From assembly GCA_001244265.2 (NCBI GenBank), contig LN717261.1, forward strand, positions 1,627,591-1,691,590: 64,000 bases of DNA, given 5' to 3'. The translations under genes were made by a program, and so were the position numbers. Shown in pieces: positions 1 through 15,900 of the stretch. The DNA comes from Microbotryum violaceum (Eukaryota). The notes beneath the pieces are model-generated. The model had not been told where the DNA came from and made no database searches. It worked only from the letters and a program-made list of their open reading frames with translations. How positions within the stretch are numbered: position 1 is the stretch's first letter; every line of letters starts with the position of its first letter.

Positions 1-414
1 TACTGCTGTGGCAACGTCGCGAGCGTGATGCAAGTACGTGAGGGCACAGTCGTCGACAGGGATAGCTTCAAGATCTTTGAAGCAGGTGCGCATTTTCCTG
101 TCAAAGCCAAGACCCGAAACCAAGGGCTTTTCTTGTGTAGAGACTTAGCCTCCCGCTAATGTCGGTCTCCCTCTGGCCGCCACTAAATTTCGCTTTTTCG
201 CGTCATGCCGTACAATACCGTATCCACCGATCCTCACCCACCTGTCTCACTGCACTCTCGTATCACTATGCTGCTTTTCTGGCCACAGTGCCCAATCAGG
301 ACAAAAGTAATCCAAATCGGTCTGCAGCCTCGGTAAGTGGGAGCTTCGAAAAGCACAGCTGCAATAGTGGCTGACGACCTTCCACATGCTGTGAATCAGA
401 GCTATTTCTTGTGA
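1..414 (+). CDS. 3' end of PP2A-family Ser/Thr phosphatase catalytic subunit (PPG1/PPH3/SIT4-like), partial
   Basis: Exons ~1-85 (YCCGNVASVMQVREG..FKIFEA), 289-331 (VPNQDK..) and 400-414 (SYFL*). The C-terminal YFL and CGNxAS are PP2A-family hallmarks; GT/AG introns. Confidence 0.8.
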
Positions 415-470
415 TTCGAGAATGTGCACATCATCCCGTTGCGGAAACAGAACACATCTGCGGAACCACA

Positions 471-1279
471 CTACGCAAATGGATTGGCGATCTCTTCGGA
501 CCTGTGATGATAGAGTGCAAGGACGTCAAGAACCCGGGTGATCATGCAGTAAAGAGACTTGATAACCGCAGCAGAACTTACCCGTCAAGTGGGTTTAGAA
601 CAATCAGGCTGGTGCCGCGGATGACGGCGAGCCCGAGTGAGCGTGTTCTCCTCGGTGCGAGCAGGAGACCGGTGGTGGGATCTGCGAGATCCGACAGAAG
701 CCAGTGGTCAGATTCGAACAAGAGCGTAATAAAGTCGGCTGTGCACTTCGCGAGAGCAGTCCCGATGCATTCGATCCGACGGGCCTCGTACCTCGTAGTG
801 CTTCTTCGATATCGTCCATGACGAGATTGAGCAATTGATCGTACCCTTTCAGCGTGCCAGTGACTGCAGAGTGGAGATCATGCACGAGGCGTCCTCGGCG
901 AAGGCGAGGAGCACAGGGTCAGATCCGAACCGACCACACTGCAAAAAAGGGAGTAGGGCCGCACCCTCGCGACCTCCTGTGAACTTAACACGGATCTGCT
1001 TGTCAATGAACTTGCTCAGATCCAGTATCGCTTCGCGGCGAGGTTTGTCGTCGCGAGACCCGGGCGTGGACCGTGCGCCTCGGGCCGCACCACTGCCACG
1101 GCCCCGACCACCTCGACCCTGCAATTGCACCGAGAAGGGTGGTCATCGTCAGTACAAGAAGCGAGTCAGCCAGCCCAAGAGCTTTGCGAGGCGCGCGGGT
1201 CGGGGGCGTCGAGAGGAGCTCAGCGCTCAGGGCCGAGGAAGAGACTTGCTGGACCATCACGTACTAGATTGTCGCTCAT
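471..1279 (-). CDS. LSM7: U6 snRNA-associated Sm-like protein LSm7 (multi-exon)
   Basis: Spliced reading MSDNL|GRGGRG..REAILDLSKFIDKQIRVKFTGGRE|VTGTLKGYDQLLNLVMDD..|TRSLGLAVIRGTSLIVLNPLDG|SEEIANPFA*. ATG at 1279, TAG at 471-473. Confidence 0.93.
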
Positions 1280-1929
1280 TCGAAAGGAAGATGGTCTCGA
1301 CAAGAGCGAAAGCGGTCGTCTCCTCTCGTTTCGTCTAATCTTGCCCCGCTCGTTTGTTCGAATCGGGCCTGTCTGTGATGAAGGCGGGGTGCCTGCCGCT
1401 GACGTGGACGAGGTAAGGCAGCGAAGAACGTGGCTTACTGCATACTACTGCATCTGGCGCCTCCACCTGGCTCCGCGCGCGCTACTCGCGCGCTCACCCA
1501 TGATTAGGAACTACTACCGGAGGTGGATTAGTCAGCACCTAGTCATCGATTAAGCGGTTCATAATAATCTGCACACCACTGGCGCATCCTTCCCAACTCT
1601 GCTCGATCGAGCTGTATCGCGGCGCGTATTGCTCCTTTGCCCTCGTTCGCCGGTTTGCCCTCTCTCCCTAGTCTCATCGTACCTGCTTACCTAGCACTTG
1701 CTTCGCCGCAGCGCCTGTCGACTGTCAGCAGCCGTTTGCCTGTTTGCGCGCAGTTTGCCTCGCATAGCTAGGCCCGCCCGCATCGCCTGCCCTTTTCACG
1801 GTGCACGCGCTCGCGCTTCTCCGACCACTCAACACGACTACGACGCGCTAGCGCTCATCAGTCGGCCCACGGCGCCGCTCACCTCGCCTCGCCTCACCTC
1901 GCCTCGCCTCACCTCGCCTCGCCTCCGCC

Positions 1930-4900
1930 ATGGACGCCTCGACACTCTTGGCTGCGACCTTGTCGCCGAATGCGCAGGAACGCGAGAATGCGACCGTTCA
2001 ACTGGCGCAGTCCCTCAGCTCGAGTCCGACACAGTATCTCGTCTCGCTGTCCAACTCGCTGGCGGACGTCAACTTGCCTTCCCACCTGCGCAATGCGGCC
2101 GGCCTCGCGATCAAGAACGCGCTCTCGGCGCGCGACACGAGCCGCTCCGACGAGTATGCCCAGCGCTGGAAGTCGCTCGACCCCGCGACACGTACCCAGC
2201 TCAAGCATGCCGTGCTGTCGACCCTCGCCGCGGCCGATCGCGGAGCTCGCAACGTCGCGGGCCAAGTCGTGGCCGCCATCGCCGCCATCGAGGTGCCCGC
2301 GGCCATGTGGCCCACCCTGATCGCGCAGCTGCTCGAGCTCGTCGCCAACGGTGACAACCCAGGTCTGCGGCAGGCTACACTGCAGGCGATCGGTTACATC
2401 TGCGAGTCGATGGTGAGTCGCGCCCGCGCTGTGGCGCGCTTCAGCTTTCCCCGTCCGGCAGCCCCTGGCCGCGCTCCGGAAGCAGATCGCGGCCCCGGTA
2501 CCTCGAGCACTCGCTCCAGGCGCCAGTTCATTTTCGGCGCCATCTTTTACGTCTCATTGAAGTATCCGTGTAGCGGGACGTGGCTGTGACGATATGGGCA
2601 CCCGCGCTCCTGGGCAGAGGCGATGCAATGCTTGGCGGGACTAGACCCCTTCGACACGCGCGCCGAAAACTGACTAAATGTGACCGTTTATACTGTCCAC
2701 CCACAGAAACCCGAGCTGTTGGCGAGTCAATCAAATGAGATCCTGACCGCGGTCGTGCAAGGCGCTCGAAAGGAAGAGTCAAGGTGTGTCACCCGAGTCT
2801 CGCAGGCCATGCACGTCGAGAGTTCTGACTCCATAACCTCGTTCGCCGGCAATTTGCTAGCCCGGAGGTGCAGCTAGCGGCTGTCCACGCCCTTTACAAT
2901 TCTCTTGAATTCGTCAAAGACAATTTTGAGCGCGAGGTGGGTTGCGAGCCTTCTTTGTACCTACACGTGGCTCGTGCCTCCGGCGTGACTGATCCGTGAT
3001 TTTGTGATCCGCGGTGTTACCGATAGGGAGAACGAAACTACATCATGCAAGTGGTCTGTGAGGCGACACAGTCACCGTCGTCCGACGTTCAGGTTGCCGC
3101 ATTCGAATGTCTCGTTCGTATCATGAGCCTGTACTACGACTATATGAAGCACTACATGGAGCGAGCGCTCTTTGGCGTGAGTCAAGTGCCCGCATCCTTG
3201 GCCGCAGGCTGTCCCCCCTGAAGTCTCTGGGTCGCCACTAATGTCTACGCCGAGCCGAACTCCACCAGTTGACCGTACTGGGTATGAAGCACGCTGACGA
3301 GCAAGTGGCTTTGCAAGCCGTCGAATTCTGGTCGACCGTCTGCGACGAGGAGATCGAGCTCGCGCTGGAAGCCGAGGATGCAGCCGAGTATGGTGACCAG
3401 TCGGAACGTGACTCGTCGCATTTTGCTCGCATTGCGCTACCAGAAATCCTGCCCGTCTTGTTGCAGCTGCTTCTCAAGCAGGAAGAGGATACGACCGAGG
3501 ACGAGTGGAGTGTCTCCATGGCGGCAGGGACTTGCTTGGCACTTCTCGCGCAATGCGTTGGCGATGGTATCGTGCCCCCCATCATCCCCTTCGTCGAGAC
3601 AAATATTAAGGACGCGGATTGGCGCAAACGGGAAGCCGCGGTAATGGCGTTTGGATCGATTCTGGATGGACCCGAGGAGAAAACCCTGATGCCCCTCGTT
3701 TCGCAAGCCCTTCCGATGCTGATCGAGATGATGCAGGACCCCTCGATGCACGTCCGCGACACCACTGCATGGACGCTCGGACGAATTACCGATGTACTAA
3801 TCAAGACCATCAACTTGGATGCCCAGCTGCAACCGCTGGTTACAGCCTTGGTCCGCGGTCTCGAAGAATCACCGCGCATCGTCAGTAACTGTTGCTGGAG
3901 CATCATGAACTTAGCGGAACAACTGGGCGATGCCCAAGCTGAGTCTACGGAGATGAGTCCATACTACGACGGCTTCGTTTCCGCGTTGCTTCGGCTTGCC
4001 GAGAAGTGAGTTGCTTGTCCCTTTGCCGTGAATGGGAACTTCTGCTTATGCTTGCTTCACAGGAGCATGAATGAGGCAAGTGCTCGAACTTCAGCCTACG
4101 AGGCCTTGTCGACACTCGTAACGCACGCCTCGAAAGACACCCTACCTACGATTTCCAAGCTCGTGCTTGCTTTGCTTGATCGTTCCGAGAGTCTTCTGGC
4201 ACTGCAGGTAAGCTCCATCCTGTCGTGGAACAAGTCCGCTCTCTGCTCAAGCGACCTTCTCTTGGACAGAGCCAATTGGTTGGCGCGGATGACCGGAACA
4301 ACTACAACGAACTTCAGGTCAACATCTGTACGGTTCTCACGGTTCGTTACCCCTCCCATGCGAGTCTTATTCGCAGACCACTGACCTAGGGATAATGCGC
4401 CATACATACAGAGCGTCACACGGCGACTCTCTCGCACTATTCAGCCTCTTGCCGATCGGATGATGACTCTGCTCCTCCAGCTCGTCAGCTCAGCCGGGAA
4501 GCAGTCCCCAATCCTCGAGGACGCTTTCCTTGCAATCGGCGCTATCACGGCTGCACTCGATGAGAACTTCCATCCCTATCTTCAGGCCTTTCTCCCTTTT
4601 CTCGTCAATGCTCTCAACTCCCACGAAGAGTACCAGTTGTGCTCGATCGCGGTTGGGCTCATCGGCGACCTCTGTCGGGCACTGGGTGAAGCCAGCCTCC
4701 CGTACTGTCAAGTCTTTATGGAGCTTCTGCTCACCGATCTACAGAGCACGGTTCTGCATCGAAGCGTGAAGCCTCCCATCATCAGCTGCTTCGGTGACAT
4801 TGCCTTGGCGGTCGGACCTGGATTCGAGCCATTCCTTGAAACAACGATGTCGGTGCTGCAACAGGCTGGAACAGTCCAAGTAGACACGGTCAGTACTGCC

Positions 4901-5409
4901 GGCTGCGGCCCGCTTCGACGACTACACCATGAAGACTTACTGGACTTTGCCTGTGCGCACCATTTTACAGAGCAATTACGATCTCATCGACTACGTGATG
5001 ACCTTGCGCGAGGCGTTGCTCGAAGCCTATACCGGCATCGTCAGCGGTCTCAAGACGGTTAGCAAGTCGGATATACTCCTCCCATATCTCAATTCAATTT
5101 TCGCCTTCGTCCATCTGGCCCTCTCTGATCCAGACCGTACCGAAACCCTGTTACGTTCAGCAATTGGGCTTATCGGGGATATCGCCGAAGCCTTTCCGGA
5201 GGGTCAACTCAGGGAGGCCCTCACCTCACCTTGGGTTGCCGACATGCTCAAGGCTGGCCGCACCAAGCTTGGTGGTTCAGAGACCAAAAAAGTTTCGAAA
5301 TGGGCTAAGGAGGTCAGTGGACGTGCTTATGGTGGTTCACTATCTTGCCCTTCTGCTGACCGGGTCATCCGCTTGATCTCGGCAGATGGTTCGTCGCGCA
5401 ACCCAATAA
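1930..5409 (+). CDS. KAP95: Importin beta-1 / karyopherin beta (multi-exon)
   Basis: HEAT-repeat importin-beta motifs [57 protein letters not shown]. Last exon MVRRATQ* ends at 5409. Confidence 0.95.
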
Positions 5410-5835
5410 TCTGGGCGAGTGCTTCTTCGCGGTGCCTTATCCCATCATCATGCCACGTCCACCCCCTCCTTCTGTGCCGCGCACTCCATCTTTTCCGGCG
5501 CCGCATACTTACAACACTGCACACGTCGGAGATACATCGTTCCTGCATTCAGAATTCCCAGGGTCACCATTTTCGACGGGTAGTGGATGGCCTACCGCCT
5601 CTTCATTATAGATTTGGAAGTTCCAAAGGAACATCATCATGGCCCATCCCCATACTTCTCGCATGCAATGCAGCCAGCATCTCGTTTTTCCCTGACATCG
5701 TGGTAGCCCAACGATACAGTCTCTGCAGAACTCGCCCAGTGCCACTGCCTCGCACACGGAAAGCGCCGGGAGCCGGCAATTTGAAGTTCATTCCAACAAC
5801 GTTCCCTGGCAACCCACGACAGTCCAAGATTCGCT

Positions 5836-9143
<3,308 letters not shown>

Positions 9144-9579
9144 AGCCCTGGTGGCGTGGCGGAGGGTTGACGTAGAAGTGGCTCGGCCAGAGGATGGCAA
9201 GCTTTGAGGTGAGGCGGTCTATCCGGAAGTCGTGTCAGAGTGTCTGTGATTGTCAGTCGGTTTCTAGTGATGGTTCCGGAAGACCCTGGACGACCTTGGC
9301 CGGTTGCCAACGGCGACCAACGGGCGCGCCGAGCGAGTCGAAAGGCGAGTGCGGCGTGAATCACTCCCTCTCGTTAGAACCAACTGTTTTCGCTCGCAAC
9401 ATCGCCTGTTGCTCGCTCGAAACTCCAGAATGTTTTGCTTTCCACACCTTTCCGCGCCAACAAACCTCTTTCTCCCCGCACTCTCGTTCCAACTCGAGCA
9501 GGTGTCCCACTCGCGGCGATCTCCATACCCATTTCGGACATCAATCTCGGAGGCGGCGAGAACGTCGGCCCACCCCCCA

Positions 9580-9680
9580 GTGGTGCTGGTGGTGCTGGTG
9601 GTGCTGGTGGTACTGTTGGTCGTGTTGGTGCTGGTACTGGCGGTCTTGGTGCTGGTGGTAGCGGTCTTGGTGCCGCTGAT
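9580..9680. repeat. (GGTGCTGGT)n low-complexity tract
   Basis: Imperfect GGT/GCT trinucleotide-periodic repeat ~440 bp upstream of the STE20 start. Confidence 0.8.
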
Positions 9681-9896
9681 GCGGGTGCGAACGCGTCTGG
9701 GGGTGGGGCGGCCCCGCAGGACCTATAGCCTCATCAGCAAAATGGCCAAACGCGCGTAAGCGCGCGAAACCTCGTAAAGCAGTCATTAAGCGGCCTAGAG
9801 CTGCTCTTAAGCGCCCTTAACAACTCGTTAAGCCGCGCGCGTGTTAAGTGTCGCTTAAGTGTATCCTAGATAAGGGACTCTTACCGCGCACTTAGG

Positions 9897-9968
9897 TTTC
9901 CGTAGGCCGAAACAGGGGGAACAGGAATTGCGGGCAATATGATGAACGTTTTCTACCAAAAAAAAAAA
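9897..9968 (+). mobile_element. ~70-bp 5'-truncated copy of the LINE-A 3' end with poly(A)
   Basis: TTCCGTAGGCCGAAACAGGGGGAACAGGAATTGCGGGCAATATGATGAACGTTTTCTAC-A(n) nearly matches 33430-33500. Confidence 0.8.
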
Positions 9969-10899
9969 GACGCGCTTACGGCACGCTTAAGACTCCTCGC
10001 GCGCTTTGTTTGCATATGTCTGTTCAGCTTTAGCGGTAAAGAGTTCCACGCTCATTGTTCAAGCGCGCATCCGTGCATTCTAGTCCTGACTCAGCGTCAG
10101 CCAATCCTAGCCTCTCAGGAGCGCTCAGCGGATTTCCTAGCCTCTCCGGAGCGCTCAGCGTCCTAGGTCTCTCCGTGAGTTCCTCAGAGCCCTCAGCCTC
10201 TCTGCGAGTGCCTCGCGTCCGCGCCGCTTACCCTCTCCTCGGTTCCGCACCGTGGACACGTTCTGGGACCAGCTCGCTGCTCCAGCACTGCCACCCTCTG
10301 CCAAGGGTCAGTTGGTCCTCCAACATTGGATCCTCATCCAAGCGATCCGTTGCTCACTCGGCAGTCTCCTTCATCAGGACCTATCACGAAGGACAAAGAT
10401 AGGAGGAACGAGCCGGACGAAGGGGCTCGAGACGAGGGGCGGGGGACGAGGGACAAGTCGAGAGAGGTTCTAGGGACTTCTCAAGAGAGACGAGGACGAG
10501 GGACGAGTGCAAGGATGTGACCTTTGACGAGATTCGAGTTGCAGAAGGGAAAGAGAGAAGTAAGCTACGGAAAGGGGGAACTAGACCAGAGGAGTCGGGG
10601 ACGAGGTGACGAGCTTGAGGAGGCGAGGCACGAGGATCACGTAATAGTGTTGAGGCTGAGGATCACGTAATAGAGCTTGGTTGATGATCACGTAAGAGTC
10701 GGGGGCGAGAGGGTTGTGAGTGTGTAGTTGGAGGAGAAGAAAGCAGTGCAGGTGCCGAAGCAGGGAGAGGAGGTCCGAGGCGCGGGAAGGCCGAGGTCAC
10801 GCGGATGACGAGAGTGCTGAGAGGCCGAACTCGGAGTGGCGAGCTTCCATTCGTGACAGGACCTTACAGCAGCCCGCTGCTCTCCAGAAACCCTCGACG

Positions 10900-12147
10900 C
10901 ATGCAAGCCTGCCACGCGCTCGAGGTAAGTGTTTAGAATATGCTCGGCTAGTTGCACGACGTACTCATATCTCCGCAACCTCTCTGCTACCTCCCACGGA
11001 GTCTTTCCGGACGCTCGTTCAATCGTGTTGAACGCCTGCGCTATGCCTCGCAAAGCGATCTCTTGGTCCTTTAAGCTTCAAACAGCCCGCCTTGCGCGCC
11101 ATCAAGGATCATGTCGTTGCCTCCCCTAGAAAAGGATAATCCGATCCCATGCTCGCTCAAGCGAACAGTCAACGCGATCAAGCTAGTCGACGCGGCGCTT
11201 TCTGCCGAGATCCTAACGGAAGACGCGCGCAGGGATCTTATCACTAAGCTCTCTCTTGAGGCGGGTTCGACCAGGAACCACCCCTCTGGGTGCACCCTCT
11301 GGGGACATCAAACTGGTTTTTTGGGTTGGGCAGTTGCGAGCCATCCCGACGGATACTCCGCTAGCCATCAATAATCTCAGCGAGCTCCACCCTGTCATTG
11401 CTCATGCCCTGGTTTCCGGAGACGTCGAAGGCTTCTTCGAAGCAAACGGCTCTTGATACTGGACAAACGAGGGCTATTACTGCAAGCGCGCAACTTCGGC
11501 GGCACTAACGACCCCCAATGCCCCTCTTGCGGAGGGTGCCTTCCATGTCGCGCAGGCTGCGCCCGTGGCCGCTGTGGTTCCCGGGCCCCCTAGTATCATG
11601 ACAATAGAAGGCGTAGGCGAAGTTTTCTCTTACCACCTCAACGCTCTTCCTTGGGGTACGGATGGGATTGTCATTGTGGAGAAGTGTCTTTTCGTGTTTT
11701 CCACGCAATTTGATGCCACTCAGTTCCCAGTTGGCTGGCTGTCTTGCTCAACTCGTAACCTCTCCCAGAGGGATGCTTGTCTCTACCCAAGACGCCATCG
11801 ACAATGAAGAGCAGAACTGGGCAGACATCGAATCCGAGAGGATGGAGCAACTCATGCATCTGGCCGGGTCCCCAGCTCCAGCTCCAGCTCCGGCTCGCCC
11901 GCCCATCCACCGAGTGCAAACGGCGCCATTGCAAGCCCACTTGGCACCCCCAACGCAACAGTACCCTTCAGTGTACCAGCCCACATCCCCCACTATCCAT
12001 GTACCCACTGCAGAGCCCGCCAATGACAAGGACCGCTGCTACCGCCTTGAATGCCTCAATGCAGCTTGTGCAACGCCGGCCTACTCCGCGGATCCCAAAG
12101 TGATTGGACGACTCAGCCAAGAAGCGTCTTGGGATAAGGCCCGCACG
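10900..12147 (+). pseudogene. Broken Cys-rich coding remnant, possibly a DNA-transposon protein, cut off by the Gypsy-B LTR
   Basis: Fragmentary ORFs (QCPSCGG; GPPSIMTIEGVGEVFSYHL; CYRLECLNAACATPAYSADPKVIGRL) ending exactly at the LTR edge at 12148. Family not confidently recognised. Confidence 0.3.
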
Positions 12148-12385
12148 TGAAAGGCACGAGATTCCTCTCAAGCTTCACTGGTGACCTAAGCTGACAGGTG
12201 CAAGTTATATGGATTGCAACTAGCTTCTGGTGTCAGCCTGATCATCTACAAGAGTGCTGAGATATGGAACACCAGTACTCACCTAGCTTCTGGTGTCAGC
12301 CCAATGAGGAGGGAAATGAAGAAGCTAGGTGCGCGCAATCTCTATTTCTAGTGCCTGTGGCCCATAGTAAAGCGTGCACCTTACA
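12148..12385 (-). repeat. 3' LTR of Gypsy-B (238 bp)
   Basis: Minus strand TGTAAGG...CCTTTCA, preceded by polypurine tract CGGGGAGAG just after the chromodomain stop at 12429. Confidence 0.8.
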
Positions 12386-12906
12386 CTCTCCCCGCCTTGA
12401 AACAAATCCCTTCCTCCGGTCGAAAATCCTACTCCTTGTTCCGACGCTCCCACATATCCAATGCCTCGGCAGGCTCCCATGAATCGCTGTCTGATGGCCA
12501 CGAGACCCACGAGATGAGGTATTGCTGCTTGCCAGCACGGATCCTCTCGTCGACAATGTCTTCAATGATGTATTCTGGCTCGCCACATACATCCACTGGG
12601 CCCAGTTGCGCAGGTTCACGGTTGGGGGACAGGGCTGTGTCGTTCTTGCAGTAGGTCTTGAGCTTGCCTGTGTGAAAAAATGGTACCGCTGCATCGTCCC
12701 CGTTCAGCTGCAGGGTGTAGGACAAGATTTCCGGTTGGGCCTTGACAATGCAATAGGGTGGAAGCACCACGTGCAGTGGTGCTCCAGAACGATAGACAGG
12801 ATCAAACAATAGTAATTCACTAGAACCTCGGGTCAGTGAGCTGGCAAAAGCCAAGGGAGGTTCTAGGCGTGCGCAAGCTATTCAACTAAGCCAAAAGTTC
12901 TATTGC

Positions 12907-15900
12907 TATTGAAACTGAACAGCGATGTGCTGAACGAGTTGGCGGCAGGGACAAGCCAATGAGTTTGTAATCAAGTGAAGATTGCAATAAAGGAGTTCTT
13001 CACATACCTGAACGAGTTGGCGGCAGGGACGAGCCAATGAGTTCGTAATCAAGTGAAGAAGAGGAGACAAAGACGCGAATTGCGCGCGCGACTAATATAA
13101 AGTGGAGACGCGCGTGGTGCGGATTTAAGGCAAGAGTAATTTACTTCAACACCCCCCCTTGCTCTTGGCCTGAAATTTGCCGAAGGCCAATAGCGTCGCA
13201 ATGACGCTGGAAAATCGCTCGAGGCAGCGGCTTGGTGAAGATATTGGCTACCATGTCATGGGTAGGGATGTAGGTGACCAAGATCTCTCCATTTCGAATG
13301 TGCTCCTGAACAAAGTGCTCCAACATGCGAAGGTGTTTGGTGCAAGCATGGAAGACCGGGTTCTGGTGAGCACGATAGCACCTTGATTGTCTCCAAGCAG
13401 ACGAAGGGGCAACAATGTGTCAAGGCTGAGCTCGGTGAGGAGCGAGCAAAGGAAGACTGCCTCCTTGGCAGCGTGCAAAAGGCCCAGATACTCGGCTTCC
13501 GTAGACGAACACGCCACTTGGGGTTGGAGACGGGATGACCACAATATCGCGCCACCAGCCAGTTTGAACAAGTAGCCCATTGTTGACCTCGACGTGTTCA
13601 CGTCGGATCCCCAGTCCGAGTCAGAATACCCCTCGTATCCCAGCAAGGGTTCGTTGTTAGCCACGTAATGGATGCCCAGATCGAGCGAGCCTTTGATGTA
13701 CCGAAGGACGCGTTTGACGGCCTCGAGATGCGCTGCCCCCGCTTTGCCAACAAACCGAGAGAGATACCCCACAGCGTGTGCAAGATTGGGTCGGGTGGCA
13801 ACATCGGCGTACATGAGGGAGCCGATCATAGAATGATACGTCGAGTTGTCGGCTTCATTGGGGTCGATCTCGGGCAACAACTGGAGGTTGGCCTCCATTG
13901 GCGATTTGCAGGGATTGCAATCGGACATGCCAAAACGAGCCAACACGTCGACAAGGTATTGGCGCTGCAGGAGGGTGATCCCGCCATCATCATGCCGGAC
14001 GACCTGAACCCCTAGAATCCAGTCAGCCGGGCTGAGATGTTTTACGCCATAAAGGGTGTCGAGTTGATCCAGGACTCGATCGATCTTCCCAAGGTTGGGA
14101 CCAAAGAAGAGGAGGTTGTCTACATAGAGCGCAATGTAGTGATCACCCAAAACGTCGGCGCGCCTATAAATGCATTCATCGCAGGCGAGACGGCGGTAGC
14201 CGAGATTCGCTAAAGTGGCGTTGATTGTGTCGTTCCAGACTCAACCGGCTTGCTTGAGCCCGTAGATGGAACGGTGAAGACGGAGGCACTTGCCGTCATA
14301 GCCTTCGATGCCAGTGGGGACGTGCATGTAGATCTCTTCCTCCAGGACGCTGTGGAGGTAGGCCTTGTCCACGTCAGCTTGTATGATGTGGTGGCCCCTG
14401 GAGGCTGCGTGCGCAACGAGAGCGCAAATGGAGGTGAACTTCGCCGTTGCTGCAAACATCTCGTCAAAATCACCTGCCCGCTGTGCGCATCCCTGAGCTA
14501 CAATGCGGCTCTTTAACGACACCATTTTGCCCGCCTTATCGCGTTTGGTCCGAAGCACGTGGCGACTCGGCAAGATAGTGGCTGCCCTGGGAACGGAGGC
14601 AAGGTCGACCACGCTGAACACCTTGAAGTCGTCCTTCATCGAGCGGAACTCCTCAATGGCACCAGCTTTCCAACCTTCCGCATGAGGGTGGCGCATGGCT
14701 TCCTTCCAAGTACTGGGATCGCTGGTGGGAAGCGTGAAAGGATCTTCAGGCTCGGAGAGAGGATGGTCCGCCTTTGAGACATCGATGCCTGCCTCCGCGA
14801 GATTGGCAACCAGCGCAACAACCTCGTCGCCGAGTGAGAATGCAAAGGCAGAAGGTGTCAAGCGCAAGGATGCGAGGGCTCCGTACCGAGCCGGCGGATT
14901 GCGCGCACGTGGGCCTGCGGGTGGCTGCCAGGCCGGGCCAGGGGAATCGAAACGCAAGGCAGCCGGTGGGTCAACGTGCTCGGGGGGAATAATGATGACC
15001 CCGCTGTCATCGTCCCCCGCGGCCGGAAGCGGGGGCGCTCGGATGCCCGTTGCTCAAGCAGGGAAGTCGTCCTCAAAGAATGTAACACTGCGGGACTTGA
15101 AGACCTGTCTTGTGTTGGGGTCCAGCAGTCTGTACCCCTTGGACTCGAGTTCGTAGCCGACGAAGACGAGTGGGATGCCTCGCGGATCGAGCTTGCTGCG
15201 CGGCTTGATGGTAGCGGCCTTCCACGCTCGACAGCCGAACACGCGTAGATGGCCAGCTGAAGGTTTGGAACCGTACCAACGTGTGTGAGGCGTGGTGCCC
15301 GAGTTTGCAGAGTGCGGCGAGCGATTTTTGACGTAGACGTACGTTGCCAATGCCTCGGCCCACAAAGCGTGAGGTAGGCCCGACTGGTGGAGCATTGAGC
15401 GGACACCCTCGGTGATCAAACAATTTGCACGTTCGGCAACTCCATTCTGTTGAGGCGTGTCAGGGATAGAGAGCTGACGAGTAATGCCTTGCTCCTCCAG
15501 GAATCTGGAGAACTCGTTCGACATGAATTTGCCCCCATTATCCGAGCGGACAGCAAGGACTTTGCGTGACGTGGAGCGCTCCACCTTCGCGAGCCAGGAT
15601 TTGAAGGCCGCAAAGGTGTCGGACTTGTGTGACATCGGAATCGCCCACAAATACCAAGAATGGTCGTCCACGATGACGAGAGCGTATCTCGCACCCCCTA
15701 ATGACATGGCACTGTCGAACGTGAGGAGGTCCATGTGGACTCGTTTGAGCGGCTGAGCAGAGCGATTCAATGCGACGGCAGGGAACGGGCGATGCGTAAT
15801 TTTGCCAGCTTGGCAAGTGTCACATTTCAAATCCTCATTTGAATCTACCTCCATGTTGACTCCCGACACGGCTTCAGTCGAAATCAACTGTCGGAGGGCG

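Noticed and set aside
1881-1926. (ACCTCGCCTCGCCTC)x3 before the KAP95 ATG, and the (GA)n tract at ~8743-8763
   Set aside because: Ordinary microsatellites in UTR or intron.
9304-9786. Val/Leu-, Gly/Ala- and His/Gln-rich ORFs as a possible pheromone precursor
   Set aside because: They are translations of a GGT/GCT microsatellite; no repeated peptide ending in a CAAX motif.
9725-10380. CTGATGA motifs (minus strand) as hammerhead ribozyme cores
   Set aside because: No stem II followed by GAAA at the required spacing.
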